Shown: piece after piece, positions 30,521-41,447 of the stretch | How the letters are laid out: each line of letters starts with the position of its first letter | Position numbering within the stretch: position 1 is the stretch's first letter | DNA from: Nitrosopumilus sp. | Lineage (GTDB): Archaea; Thermoproteota; Nitrososphaeria; Nitrososphaerales; Nitrosopumilaceae | Length of the DNA: 64,000 bases | Direction of reading: 5' to 3' | NCBI GenBank assembly: GCA_965223425.1 | Contig: OZ245003.1 | Location: forward strand, 2,272,001-2,336,000 | Translations under genes and position numbers: made by a program | Notes under the pieces: model-generated | What the model was told of the DNA's origin: nothing | Database searches by the model: none | The model's input: the letters and a program-made list of their open reading frames with translations, nothing else

Positions 30521-31825
30521 CAGTAGTTGGGATTGTACATTTTGGATAGCCCAAACTGATCATTTTGAGAACAAAACACGATCAACCAGATCCAAATACA
30601 AGGCATGCTCACCCACCTTAACATGTACGAAAAAGATGGGCAAACACACCAACAGAATCAAGACATCAGGGGATTTAAAATCTTCCAGTCCGCACTGCAA
30701 CACCTGAACCTTGCCTTTGGCACAAGACACAACACGCTGTACTGCCTCAGGGATGCAGCGCACATGCTTCTGGTCATGGCCAGCTCCAACGGATACGCCA
30801 ACGGCGCGCGAGATCTCGGCTCTCCCGGCATCCGCATGCCGTCGGGCAGCTGGCTGCTCAAAAAGCTGCGCATCATAAAGCAGGACAAGATGAACCGCTT
30901 CTGCGACCAGATGATGCATGATACGGTCAACACGGCATGCCGCAGCATGAGGCGACGCATCAGCAACGAAACAACGGTAGCTGCAATAGACAAGCACAAG
31001 ATTCCGCACCATGACAAAAACCCCGACCTCAAACACCTCATACAGTCAAAATACGAGTCAGGAACGTACAGGTTTGAGTCATACATGACATCCAAGATAG
31101 TGCAGGGCGGCAAGGAGGCCAACCTGTGCTTCAGTCCGGTCACCCGGGGTACATCCAACGGCGAATTCGTGCGTAAAACCATCAAAAAGTGCTCCAAGCT
31201 GCACCTTGGAATCAATCTTTACCTTCTTGACAGGGAGTTTTACGCAACAGACGTGATGCGGACTGTCAGATCGCTTCACAGGCATTTTATCATGCCGGCA
31301 AAAAAGAATGCCGGCATCAAGCGCGCCATTGTACAGCACGCCCAAGGAAAGCGCGGTGATGTCTCTAGGTACACCATAAAATCAGGCTCCGAAAAGTTCA
31401 CGTTCAACCTGGTTCTGATCAGGGATGACGCCGGGAAAAAAGACGGCACCATGTTTGACAGGTATCGCGCATTTGCAACGTCGCTGCCATGCGAGAATGA
31501 AAGGGACGTTGTCAAGTACATCCCAGAGCAGTACAAAAAACGTTGGGGAATTGAAACGGGGTACAGGTCTGCAAAGAGCGTACGCGCGCGCACTGCCAGC
31601 AGGAACCCCTCCGTACGGATGCTTTTGTTTGTCTTGTCACTGGTGATAAACAACATCTGGATAGGCCTGCGTCGCACGGTGTGCAGACAAAGATATCATG
31701 TGACGCTTGCCGGTGTTTTAAACAGGATGATCCGCGTGTTTGCAGAATATGTGTATGCCAGGTGGCCACCACCGCCTACCGGGTGATTTGTGGGCTGTTT
31801 TGGAACGGTACAATCCCAACTACTG
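30521..31825 (+). mobile_element. ISH3-family element B, copy 1
   Basis: TIR CAGTAGTTGGGATTGTAC at both ends, no flanking duplication. Near-identical to 49064-50368. Confidence 0.92.
30605..31786 (+). CDS. ISH3-family transposase
   Basis: AIDKHKIPHHD, LDREFY, YKKRWGIETGYR. Confidence 0.9.
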   Translation: MLTHLNMYEKDGQTHQQNQDIRGFKIFQSALQHLNLAFGTRHNTLYCLRDAAHMLLVMASSNGYANGARDLGSPGIRMPSGSWLLKKLRIIKQDKMNRFCDQMMHDTVNTACRSMRRRISNETTVAAIDKHKIPHHDKNPDLKHLIQSKYESGTYRFESYMTSKIVQGGKEANLCFSPVTRGTSNGEFVRKTIKKCSKLHLGINLYLLDREFYATDVMRTVRSLHRHFIMPAKKNAGIKRAIVQHAQGKRGDVSRYTIKSGSEKFTFNLVLIRDDAGKKDGTMFDRYRAFATSLPCENERDVVKYIPEQYKKRWGIETGYRSAKSVRARTASRNPSVRMLLFVLSLVINNIWIGLRRTVCRQRYHVTLAGVLNRMIRVFAEYVYARWPPPPTG

Positions 31826-32016
31826 ATGCTACATCCGCACCAAATACATATGTGTGAGGATCAATTACGTATGGTCGCTTTAATTTTACTAGCATAGAAG
31901 TGATTCTTTTTGTTATACCTTCTATGATATGACTTGATACAATAACGTCACAGTTTTTTAAATCACTGTTCTCTAACCATGCCATCTCTCTACTGATGTT
32001 GACACGTATCATTAAA

Positions 32017-32440
32017 TTAATCAACAGTCTCGCCTTCTTTTGATTTGCATTTATTTTTTGCATAAACCTTGCATTTAGGAATGACTAGTTTGGAACGCTT
32101 TGCTTTTATTATTTCCTCACAAGAACCATTCACTTCCAATATACCAATACCTAAATTTTTAAAGATGGCTCTGTCTATATTTGGAATTGTTTTATGCCAT
32201 AAAGCGACATAAGAATAATCAGATACATACAGATTAGTGTAAGCTTGTTGGAGAGCCTTTTTCCAATTACTGATTTTCACTTCAATTGAAATCATTTTTT
32301 GATTTTTTAAAGTAACCATTGTCTATTCTTTTTCTACTTGTATTCCATTTTCCTATTGGAACTTCATAATAGAACATCTTTTTTGCAAAAGGGCCGGTAT
32401 TCTCAATTTGATGATACAAATCTTTTTCTTTTAGATTCAC
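32017..32440 (-). pseudogene. MmcB/Sce7726-like PD-(D/E)XK nuclease, +1 frameshift
   Basis: GGAGG RBS and GTG at 32440: MNLKEKDLY...YEVPIG...RID / MV...ISIEVKISNWKKALQQAYTNLYVSDYSYVAL...GIGIL. One extra base near 32320. Confidence 0.65.
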
Positions 32441-32661
32441 GGTAATCCTCCTTTAAGTTCAGCAATCTGTGCCTTAAATGAAGCGTTAATGGAAATAAAT
32501 TTTCTTACAAAAATACCTAGGAATATTACCAATATTGTTAAAATAATTGAATCTAAAATTATTGCCTGAAATATACTAGACCTTATGCGTAATCGATCAA
32601 ACTAATATTGCTAGATGATTTTTACCTTAGTAAACCAATTTGATTTTGAATTCTTAGTCGA

Positions 32662-33093
32662 TTACGCATAAGGTCTACTTATTCCAAATGTATTGTAAAT
32701 AGAATTTATAAAAATTTCATTTATTGTAATGAATGTTATAATCACGAGTACTATACTCACAGTTATTTTGAGTGACAAGTCCAACATTAGCAAAATACTT
32801 CCCTTCATCTCATTGACTTTGTTGAATTGGAATAATTTTGTTCGATATTCAGATAATTTCATTACGACTTCAGGAGTATTGAAAAATTCATTGGGCTTAT
32901 ATTTTCCTCTTTTACCGCCAAGAATTTCTCCTAAAATAGGATCTAGAGTATATTTTCTGACATGTTCATATGTACTTGCAACATCTGTATCAAGTTTGTC
33001 TTGTTTACTATCTACCATTTTAAACAATACAATTGCAGCCCCTGCAAATATTGGAAGTAACGCTAGAAAAAAACCTGTTTCACTTGAAATCAT
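32662..33093 (-). CDS. Membrane hypothetical protein
   Basis: Two hydrophobic segments; coupled to the upstream gene; a further hydrophobic tail may continue past a frameshift near 32670. Confidence 0.55.
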   Translation of the reverse strand: MISSETGFFLALLPIFAGAAIVLFKMVDSKQDKLDTDVASTYEHVRKYTLDPILGEILGGKRGKYKPNEFFNTPEVVMKLSEYRTKLFQFNKVNEMKGSILLMLDLSLKITVSIVLVIITFITINEIFINSIYNTFGISRPYA

Positions 33094-33542
33094 TATGATT
33101 CTAATACTCTACCCAATATTTCTGATTTTACAGTAAAATCTGGATATGTTGTGTACACATACTTAAGAAGATCATTCAATTTTTCTTTACCGTATGTTTC
33201 TTTGATGCTTGATATGCGTTTTCTCATATCCTCACTAACTCTCTCAAATGTTTTCTTTTCAAGGAATCGTATTCCTTTGTGGGTAATTTCATATTTTTTC
33301 CCAGCTTTTTCTTCTATCATGCCAACAGATTTCAAAAAATCTAATTCATCATAAATTTCCATTGATAAAGGACCGAATCGGTCTGGCCCAAAATCAAACT
33401 TTACTGTTGTGGTATTTGATTTATCTAAAACCTCTTTTTGCGTTAGAAACACTAATTTTTCAAATCTAGTTATACCAGTAATTGGATATTTATTATCGCC
33501 ATTAAGTAATAGAAGAATTAAATCTGATTTTTTCAAAGCCAT
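33093..33542 (-). CDS. DUF4065/Panacea (SocA/YwgA-like) winged-helix protein
   Basis: GITRFEKLVFL...FDFGPDRFGPLSMEIYDELDFLKSVGMI...YEITHKG...LLKYVYTTYP. Confidence 0.72.
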   Translation of the reverse strand: MALKKSDLILLLLNGDNKYPITGITRFEKLVFLTQKEVLDKSNTTTVKFDFGPDRFGPLSMEIYDELDFLKSVGMIEEKAGKKYEITHKGIRFLEKKTFERVSEDMRKRISSIKETYGKEKLNDLLKYVYTTYPDFTVKSEILGRVLES

Positions 33543-33575
33543 TATTGATCGATCTGTTATATGTTATCTTTTATA

Positions 33576-33671
33576 GATTATGAAGTTATCGTGTGTTGGG
33601 TATGAGCTATGAGTTTCTCTGAATTGAAAATTTTCTCTTAACACATGTTAACACATGATAACTTCAGAGCC
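33576..33671. mobile_element. About 97-bp MITE, copy 1 (ends related to the tnpB element)
   Basis: Internal IR TGAAGTTATC(G/A)TGTGTT at both ends. Inverted near-copy at 62593-62691. Confidence 0.72.
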
Positions 33672-33779
33672 TGTGGGATCCCAAAAGTAGTATACCCCCC
33701 CCCCTACGATCTGACATCATATTCCTCACCTGTCTGCTCGTCAATAACAATGTCGGCGTGTCTGGATGCTCCAGGCTTT

Positions 33780-34992
33780 AGTGTGTTGCATAACTCGGCC
33801 TGACCACATCCCGTTCGTCCCAGGATCCATGCACCTGCTCCCCTACATTGCTGCTGCCACCCACCGGTTGTACATGGCAACCCTCATCCTTACCTCTCTT
33901 ACCATGCTCTCCCATTTGCGTGAGAGCAGATGCTCTCCGAACATACGCTTGAATGCGGAGATGATTATCTCTATTCTCCACCTTTTGCCGTACCCTACAG
34001 TCGACTTCCAGTATCTTCTGTTCTCCTTTTTCTGTTCCGCTGTCCGTCCCTTGACGTGCATGTCTGCGCTGCCTCCCAGCTGCTCTTTCACGGCCCGGTT
34101 CCACGCCTTGCCGTCATCGCCCCTGCCGCTCTCAGTAAAGCACGGTTTGAGGGGCACAAGCGGCTCGATGCCCTTCCTCCTGCACGCATTCATGTTTTTC
34201 TTGGAGGCGTACGCGCCGTCGGCAAGCAGGCTGGCACTTGGCACTTCTTCTTCTTCTTCTTCCCTGCCGCCTGCCGAACCGGCAAGCGGAGAGACTCCGT
34301 CTGCAAGCATGTTTGGCCTCTTTCTCGCATCGTCCTTCCCGGCCTTGGCAAACGGTTCGGCTGCTGCCTGATCCAGCAGATCCCGCAGTACCGGCGAGTC
34401 GCCGGTTCTGTCGTATGTGACTACGGCAGCCAGTATCATGCCGGTGTCCGCATCTGCCGGCAGGTGCATCTTGACATACCCCCTGCGCACCACCACCTTC
34501 CACTTGTCGCGTATCCATTCTCCGCGGTTCCACTGTCTGAGTCCGGTGGCATCGGCCACCAGGGTTACGTGCCGGGATGTATCATGAACGTATATGGCGT
34601 TGCCGTGAATGCTAATGTCAAATTTCTCCATTCTTCTGCACATGTGGTATAGTGCGGCGAGTCGTGCCCCTCAAGCATCTTGTCTGCCATCCCGGACAGC
34701 TGCCTGAATGGAACGCCGAGGGCGGTTCTCAGTGCGGCTGTCATATGATCATGGTGTCTGCATACTGGAACTGGGCCCCCTCCTTCTTGCCGCAGTTGGC
34801 CTGCCCTACCTCGCAGCTCCAGTCAGGGTTGTACTGCACCACCAGCTCTGCACCACGCCGTACGTACTTTGCATTATCGGTCAACACTTGGAGCATGCTG
34901 TCATGATCTAAAGCTTTTTCGGTCAGAAACATGTGTGTTTGTTGGTCAGCTTAAACTGCGTTGTAGATTTTAGGCGTGTTATGCAACAAGCT
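33780..34992 (-). mobile_element. IS5-family (IS903-like) element copy 1, frameshifted transposase
   Basis: TIRs AG(T/C)(G/T)TGTTGCATAAC; motifs DATGL, YVKMHL, GDSPVL, ADGAY, GYGKRWRIE. ORF broken into three pieces. Confidence 0.85.
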
Positions 34993-35240
34993 ACCCAGCT
35001 GGACTGCGCGCACCAGCCAGTTGTGCACGGTCGTGTACGGCCTGTTGACTGCCCTGGCTATCCCGTGCACGGACACTCCATCCTTTCTCAGCACGTATGC
35101 CATGAGCCTGCCCCGTACCTTGGGGTTCTTCTCGCTTTTGTGGCACTTGAGCAGGTATGCCCTGCTGGTGCACGGCAAGAAGCGGCTCCCTGCCGATATC
35201 ATTGGATCTTTTGTATTCATGCCATGCGTGGGCCGTACTA
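34993..35240 (-). pseudogene. IS630 left end and HTH fragment truncated by the IS903-like element
   Basis: RLMAYVLRKDGVSVHGIARAVNRPYTTVHNWLVRAVQLG is homologous to 63506-63976. Confidence 0.75.
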
Positions 35241-35307
35241 CGATCTAGATCCTTTGGTCGGTAATTGTTGGCATTTTAGTTGATTATGAGTCACGCATAC
35301 TACGTCC

Positions 35308-35667
35308 GTGTCAAGCAGCGCACCAGAATCATTTGGCCTTGGCAATACCACCGTGATGTGGACTGCCACTGACTCTGCTGGCAACTCTGCATCGTATCCG
35401 CAGATAGTGACAGTGTGCGACACAACCCCGCCGGTCATGCCGGCCATTGACAGCATCAGGATGGAGTTCAGCATATATGTAGAGCGCATCGTCACGTACG
35501 TAGTGCCGACAGCCTTGGATACGGTGGATGCAGACGTTGAGGTTTTATGCGTGCCAGCATCAGGATCCGTCTTTCCCTATGGAGCCAGTCCGGTGGAATG
35601 CACGGCCACAGACGACAGTGGCAACTCTGACACCACGAGGTTTTACGTGTTCGTGAGTGGCAATTAG
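35308..35667 (+). pseudogene. HYR-domain surface protein C-terminal remnant
   Basis: FGLGNTTVMWTATDSAGN...DTTPP...SGSVFPYG..VECTATDDSGN (HYR repeats); no N-terminus or signal peptide. Confidence 0.75.
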
Positions 35668-35779
35668 GCATCTGCACACTGCTAATATCCTCTAACGTGT
35701 CGGGTGTTCTGTATTTGCCCAACAATAGACTTTATGCACAATTGAATCGTCAAAAATTTTTCCGAAAGACTTGGATCCA

Positions 35780-36058
35780 CTTTGATCGCCACAACAGGTA
35801 ATGGAATCTCCAGAACAGACGATACACAGGCTGCAAAGGGAGCTCAAGCAAAAGGACTCGAAGAAAAGGATCAGCGCCAAGAGGATAAAGGTGGAGCACG
35901 CCACCGCCATCAGAAGAATAAAGCAGTGGGGAATAATGACAGACATGTACGACGGCACGGTAAAGGAGTTTCACGAGGAGCTGGTTGTGTGTACCGGCCT
36001 TGCGAACTTTCACCTGCTGTGGGATGCAAAGAAAAAGCGGCCGTCACTTGATTATTGA
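35780..36058 (+). pseudogene. IS5/ISL2-like (DDE_Tnp_4) transposase C-terminal remnant
   Basis: KRIKVEHATAIRRIKQWGIM...CTGLANF. Confidence 0.65.
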
Positions 36059-36287
36059 CGGTATGATACTGAGTGCATGATGCACCGCAAGAGTGCGCAC
36101 TGATTTCTAATTTCTGCGAATTTACAATGATCTTTTGCATCAAAATTAAATAATTTCCTGGACTGGCTTTGTGTGTCTTGGTAGTGTGTGCTGCAGAAAA
36201 AATTTGACGGGTCAATTATGCATAAAGTCTATTACACAGAACTTATGATCGATAGCATTTTATCTTAGGCCATTTTCATAATTGATA

Positions 36288-37292
36288 ATGACTTTAACAA
36301 AGACAATAATTCCATTGTTAATAGCAATACTATTGGTTCCTGCAGGAATTGGTAGTGTATCTGCACAGACTGTACCTGGCCAAGAAGACGAAACTGGCAA
36401 TGTTGGCCCTGTAGGAAATACAGAGGCTGATGCATATCTAGATCTCCTAAAACAACAGGATTTCTACCTAAACATGACATCAGACCAACAAGCAGCATAT
36501 GAGCAGGCTATTGATGATTATAGGGCAAATCAAGATGCATATGAAAGAAAAATACAGCAAATACTAGATGAGGCAAGTAATCTAACACTGGAGCTACAAC
36601 AAGCAGAAGAGCAAGGAGATCTTGAGCGTATTGCTCAGATTAATATGGCCAAAACTGCAATACTTGAGACATTAGAATTTTACGGCGTAGTTACAAATGA
36701 AAAACTAGACGAGAATCCAAGCTTTTGGGCTCAACGTGCAAAGGCAGCTTCTGAGCTTGCAAACAACTCACATACCACTAATGTAGCCTGTGGAGAGTTA
36801 ACCGGAGATCTAACTTGTGGTGGAGAGGATGCCATGTATAAAATGCTTGCAGATGAAAATATTATTTCAATACATACAGATGATGTAAGCCTAGAAAAGC
36901 AGGCAAGAATATGGTATCCTGTAGCCAATATTTTTGGTTTTGTTGTCAATCTCAGTGTCGCTAGTTATTCTTATGGTCCTGGTACGGTATCGACAGAAAT
37001 TGAAGACATACCTTATGCGGACAAGGTAAAGTTTTGGTCCGAAATATGTCTGACAGATGATGTCGAACATAATAAGGTAAAATACACACATGAATCTACT
37101 GAGAGACTATACACGGTATTTGGTAACATGTATCGCGATAATGACTATGGTGGCAATGGTGAAGTATTTGGCACATCTTGGCTACCTCAGTGTACAAATA
37201 TAACTCACAGTACAAGCAATAATGCACTAGATCGGGCAACGCTTTCAACTGAACTTGGCTCTACAATAACTGTTACAGGCACACATGCCTAA
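36288..37292 (+). CDS. Secreted hypothetical protein with coiled coil and Cys-containing beta domain
   Basis: Signal peptide TIIPLLIAILLVPAGIGSVSA, heptad-rich middle region, T-rich terminator after the stop. Confidence 0.75.
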   Translation: MTLTKTIIPLLIAILLVPAGIGSVSAQTVPGQEDETGNVGPVGNTEADAYLDLLKQQDFYLNMTSDQQAAYEQAIDDYRANQDAYERKIQQILDEASNLTLELQQAEEQGDLERIAQINMAKTAILETLEFYGVVTNEKLDENPSFWAQRAKAASELANNSHTTNVACGELTGDLTCGGEDAMYKMLADENIISIHTDDVSLEKQARIWYPVANIFGFVVNLSVASYSYGPGTVSTEIEDIPYADKVKFWSEICLTDDVEHNKVKYTHESTERLYTVFGNMYRDNDYGGNGEVFGTSWLPQCTNITHSTSNNALDRATLSTELGSTITVTGTHA

Positions 37293-37773
37293 CACTCCTT
37301 TTTCTTTTATCAAATATGTGCAAATAAAAAATAAAACCAAACATCAATAATTTCTAACTAATAGTTCTACACTGTTACGTTTTGTTCTGCCATCTTGTTA
37401 TTGCGTATCTTTTCTGCCTCGTCATCAAGGCTTTGCTGCTTTACCCTCTAGATGGATATGTTTCAAAGAATGGCAACATAAGTCATCCTAGCTTTAATGC
37501 TTGAGCAATACCAAATGTTGAATGGAGAACCCATGCAACAAATTAGCCCTTTTTATTACTGATATCTACAATCAATAGTAATGTACATGAATAAAAATTT
37601 CATCATAATGCCTGTGATTTTTGCATTAGGTCTATCGATATCCCTCATCATCGAGTATACTTACGACGCAAACCTTCAAACACCATTTGATATCAAAACT
37701 CAAGACGACTTGACTGAAATCGTGGATGAACTTACATCTGAAATGATTGAATCCTAAATATTTCTAAGTTTGA

Positions 37774-39008
37774 GGTGCTGTCCAAATTTTTCCCGGAAAT
37801 TTCCAGAAAAGCTTATAGATCATGACGAAATCCTGCTGCAAGGCTTTTGGATCACGGGCTTGGCACCACGTCAATGTCAAAACGACGAAAGAAGGGCAGG
37901 AAAAACGGACAGCATGACGCCCACGTCCGAAGGTACAGGATCCAGATGTGCCGGAACTATTCAGCATACGAGAAGAAGCGGAGGAGGGGCGAGGGCAACA
38001 AGATAGTGACGAGGATCAAAAAACTCAAAGAAATGATCCCCGCCGTCTTGGAGGGCGCCTCCAAGGACGAGACATCGGCACTATTGTGCGTGCTGGACAT
38101 GGTGTTCCGTAACCACTCGTACAGGGTTCACGTCACGTACATGGAACTGCACCCGGGTACGGTAAACGCCTACGGCCTAAAAAGGATTCCATCAAAATCG
38201 TCACTGCACAACATGGCAAAAGCGCTGTCAGGGAGGATCGAGCAGCTCGCAGGACTGCTTCTGGCACAGGCAGGAGACGACGCGCGCGGCACCGTCATAG
38301 GCGACTCGTCTGGGTTCTCCATCATGAATTACGTGGACTGGGAGGACGCCAAGAAAGGACTCGTCTCAAGGCGCGAGTTTGACAAGCTGCACGTGCTGGT
38401 GGCCCCGCACGGCATGATATCTGCGTGCGAGGTGACGTACGGCAGAAAGCACGACTCGCCGGTGTTCTGCGACATGTACGGGAGGATCCCCCGCACGGCG
38501 ACACCGGCGGCCACGTCCTGCTGGATGCGGCATACCTCTCAAGGAAGAACTGCCGTATCATTGCAGACAGCGGAAGGGAGCCGGTCATATGTCCCAAGAA
38601 GAACTCTGTTCCCAGGGGGTTTAACCCCATGGGAAAAATGCTTCGCTGGCACAGGGACGACCCGTGCGGGTTTGCAAAGGCCTACGGCCAGCGCAGCCTG
38701 GTGGAGAACACGTTTTCTGTCATGAAGGAGAGGTTCGGCGCAGTCGCCCGTGCAAGGACGGCATCCATGAGAAGGCTGCAGCTTGTCCTAAAGTGCATCT
38801 GCTACAACCTGGTCGCATAAGACTGCCGTAATGCGGAGAGGGCTTTCCCAGCGTAAGCTGTACTCCTGCTTGCCATTCTTTGGGACAAGGCAGTACCTGA
38901 TGACGGTGTCACCGGTATTCTTCTGGCATGGGCAGCACCGCCGTCTTGCCTGTTTTTGCGCAAAAATCACGAAACATGTGATCGAAATCAGTCAATTTGG
39001 ACAGCACC
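37774..39008 (+). mobile_element. IS5-family element with frameshifted DDE transposase (37874-38820)
   Basis: 15-bp TIR GGTGCTGTCCAAATT flanked by GA on both sides. Motifs GDSSGF, KLHVLV, HDSP, LDAAY, YGQRSLVENTFS. Frameshift near 38490. Confidence 0.88.
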
Positions 39009-39062
39009 GACGGAATCCAAAAATGTAAATAATTTAAAGAGTAGATCAGATGACTAAGCAAT

Positions 39063-39797
39063 ATGGGGGTTTTTGGTTTTTTAAAAATTGAAGATAAATG
39101 GCTCCTTTCAATGATAGATTCAGTACCATATATTGAGGGAATAGCCAGATTACAAAAATTTGCAATTTTGTCTTTTCATGATGTTCTCAAAAATGAAGAA
39201 TTTTTTGATGATTGGAGAGCAGATGATTTTGGCGGGTCTAGTCCGCAGTTGGCACAAAGCTTTACAAAATTAGAAAGGCGTGGTTTTATTCAAGCCATCA
39301 AAGTAATTACAGATAATGGGTATCCTGTAAATCGATACAAATTAACTGAAAAAGGAAAAGAGATGATAAGAGATTTTGTAGAAAAGCACTCATCAGAACT
39401 TGAGAAAATTAAATCCATCACTTCTAATTATTTTCAAAAACCATTAGAGATTCTTTTAAATGATGTACATCAAAAACATCCAGATCTGGCCATTAATAGC
39501 AAGATAAGAGCTGATGTGAATAAAATTACTACAGAAAATGACTCGTATCTAAATTCTCAATATGAAATTCCATTTTCTGAAGAGCTTGGAGAGATTCCAA
39601 GATCTATCGCATCTTCACAACAACATGTATTTGGAGATGAAGATTTTAGAGAGAGGTTAGCTAAATCTATCGGATTAGATAAAATGCCTGATTTGGATCC
39701 TCAATCTTTTGATCGCATTAAAGGAATACTATCTGAAAAAATTAACACAGAAGATTTTGACTCCGAAGAATTAGTCAAGGAAGTTAGGGGCTGTTGA
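39063..39797 (+). CDS. DUF4065/Panacea-like winged-helix protein with acidic C-terminal extension
   Basis: GIARLQKFAIL...WRADDFGGSSPQL...YKLTEKG...LLNDVHQKHPD; paralogous pattern to 33093-33542. Confidence 0.68.
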   Translation: MGVFGFLKIEDKWLLSMIDSVPYIEGIARLQKFAILSFHDVLKNEEFFDDWRADDFGGSSPQLAQSFTKLERRGFIQAIKVITDNGYPVNRYKLTEKGKEMIRDFVEKHSSELEKIKSITSNYFQKPLEILLNDVHQKHPDLAINSKIRADVNKITTENDSYLNSQYEIPFSEELGEIPRSIASSQQHVFGDEDFRERLAKSIGLDKMPDLDPQSFDRIKGILSEKINTEDFDSEELVKEVRGC

Positions 39798-39884
39798 AAA
39801 AAGCTAACGTAGATTATGCATAAGATCTACTTATCATTCCAGTGATTTTGTCATATTAAAACACAGAATTGAATTAGTATTTTT

Positions 39885-40641
39885 TTACTTGAACAAATCA
39901 AGCAATTCTTCCAAGGGCTCCATTCTTGAATTGCCTTCCTCTAATGCGCTCTTTTGTCCATCACAAATTTCTAAAAATTCTTGAGTCAGTGCTTTGTTTA
40001 GGGCCAGTTCGTGTGAAATGGTATAGTAGTTTATCGCCACTGGGAGTCAAATGATTGGTTAAATTAGCAATATCATAGCAGTCTTTCCACATTTTAGAGA
40101 GAAAGTATGAACTATCATGGGCTACCTGTAACTGCCTACTTCTAGATATGCAACCTATGATTTTTAGTGCAATTAAGAATTCTAATGACGGTACGTTGAT
40201 TGAAGCATCATTCCCAATTGGCTGTGCTTGCTGATCTTCATAAACCCAATTCCAATCTACAGTTACACTCATGTTGACTGAGTCTTCTCGTGGAGTTTCA
40301 GCAGAAATTAAATCAAAGTATATTATGTCGCCATTATTGTCTATTGGTTTGCCATAATGCAGTTCACCAAAAATTGGATCACCTATTTTATATTCTCTAA
40401 AACCATTTCCAGGAAAATATGTCTTTATCATCATGTCTTCAATCCAATTATCTGTTGGAAAAACTAAATCAACATCGCGTGATCCGAATCCATCATTATG
40501 ATAAGACCAAACTGCCCATCCGCCTATCACTGCAGGCCAATTGCCACCCTGATTAATGTTATACCATTTTGCAAATTTTTGTAATTCTATTTGACTTTTA
40601 CTTGTTAGTTCAGGTATGTATCGATCTTTTTCTAATGCCAT
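39885..40641 (-). CDS. AbiEii-like nucleotidyltransferase (C-terminal +1 frameshift near 40003)
   Basis: VIGGWAV...SRDVDLVF...LIALK...KDCYDI. An alternative frame continues LNKALTQEFLEICDG...DLFK* to 39885. Confidence 0.72.
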
Positions 40642-41267
40642 AACTGCTTCACCAGCGGTTCGGCAGCATAAGCTTTATCACTGCAATACAGATCTATCAG
40701 CGTTCTAAGTTTTGTGGTTATTTTTAGACCGTCTTTTTCAATAACATTGTCTTCTCTAAGTGGTAGAAACGGATACATATTAACACGTACAGTTCCTGTT
40801 GTTTCTTTTTTTTGCATCTTGTTCCAAAAGTTTTCATCTACGTAAACATTAATTGCAGGATCACGTACATATTCCGTGTAATGTTCCAGTGCCGTCGTTA
40901 GACAAAAAACGCCGCCTTCCTTTTTAAAGTATTCAATGACTTGGCTTCTGTCTGTTCCCCAGTTTCTAGATACTCGATGCGTTTCCATATTTCTAAAAGT
41001 GCTATAAAATTTGATTAATGCCACCGGAGAGATTACCCTATAGACGTTTAGTCTCTGTTTTCTGTTTTTTATTTTCTCAACAAATTTTAGTGCAACTAGC
41101 CAGTTTACAAATCCGCTAACCCTTGCCCCATGCGGTATATCCAGTTCTCGTGCCATGGGGCGTTGTTTGAAGTCTCCGTGCTCTAGCATATAGTACAGTT
41201 GAGGATATGCAACAGTTGAATGGAATGTTACCATGGTTTTAGTCAGTAGTGATCCTATTTTAATCAT
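40632..41267 (-). CDS. AbiEi-like HTH antitoxin/regulator
   Basis: N-terminal HTH (RPMARELDIPHGARVSGFVNWLV) and C-terminal TTKLRTLIDLY...AAEPL; overlaps the NTase start. Start codon uncertain. Confidence 0.65.
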   Translation of the reverse strand: MIKIGSLLTKTMVTFHSTVAYPQLYYMLEHGDFKQRPMARELDIPHGARVSGFVNWLVALKFVEKIKNRKQRLNVYRVISPVALIKFYSTFRNMETHRVSRNWGTDRSQVIEYFKKEGGVFCLTTALEHYTEYVRDPAINVYVDENFWNKMQKKETTGTVRVNMYPFLPLREDNVIEKDGLKITTKLRTLIDLYCSDKAYAAEPLVKQLWH

Positions 41268-41447
41268 TTGATCACAAATTAGAGATCTCATAAGATCTTG
41301 ATTGATTGATTGTTGTAGATATACAGGATCACAAAAAAATAAGTGTAGAAGGTAGGAAAAAGATAAGAAATTAAACCCGATTAGGTTGAAAATGATCAAT
41401 ATGACGTGCATAAAATTAAAAAATATGTTTTACGCAAATAATGGATC

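Larger units (their letters stand above)
30112..32024 (-). pseudogene. TIM-barrel/TGT-like Zn-binding protein, split and internally deleted by ISH3-B
   Basis: N-fragment at 31826-32024 (...PYVIDPHTYVFG) and C-fragment at 30112-30520 (GGGGSTTRFYQPYL...CNCTYCD...KHFLLKR) flank the IS. No TSD, so sequence was probably lost. Confidence 0.5.

Noticed and set aside
28384-31772. Numerous overlapping and antisense ORFs in GC-rich IS elements (also in the other IS copies and TSP3 genes)
   Set aside because: Shadow frames of transposases or repeat genes with no recognisable motifs.
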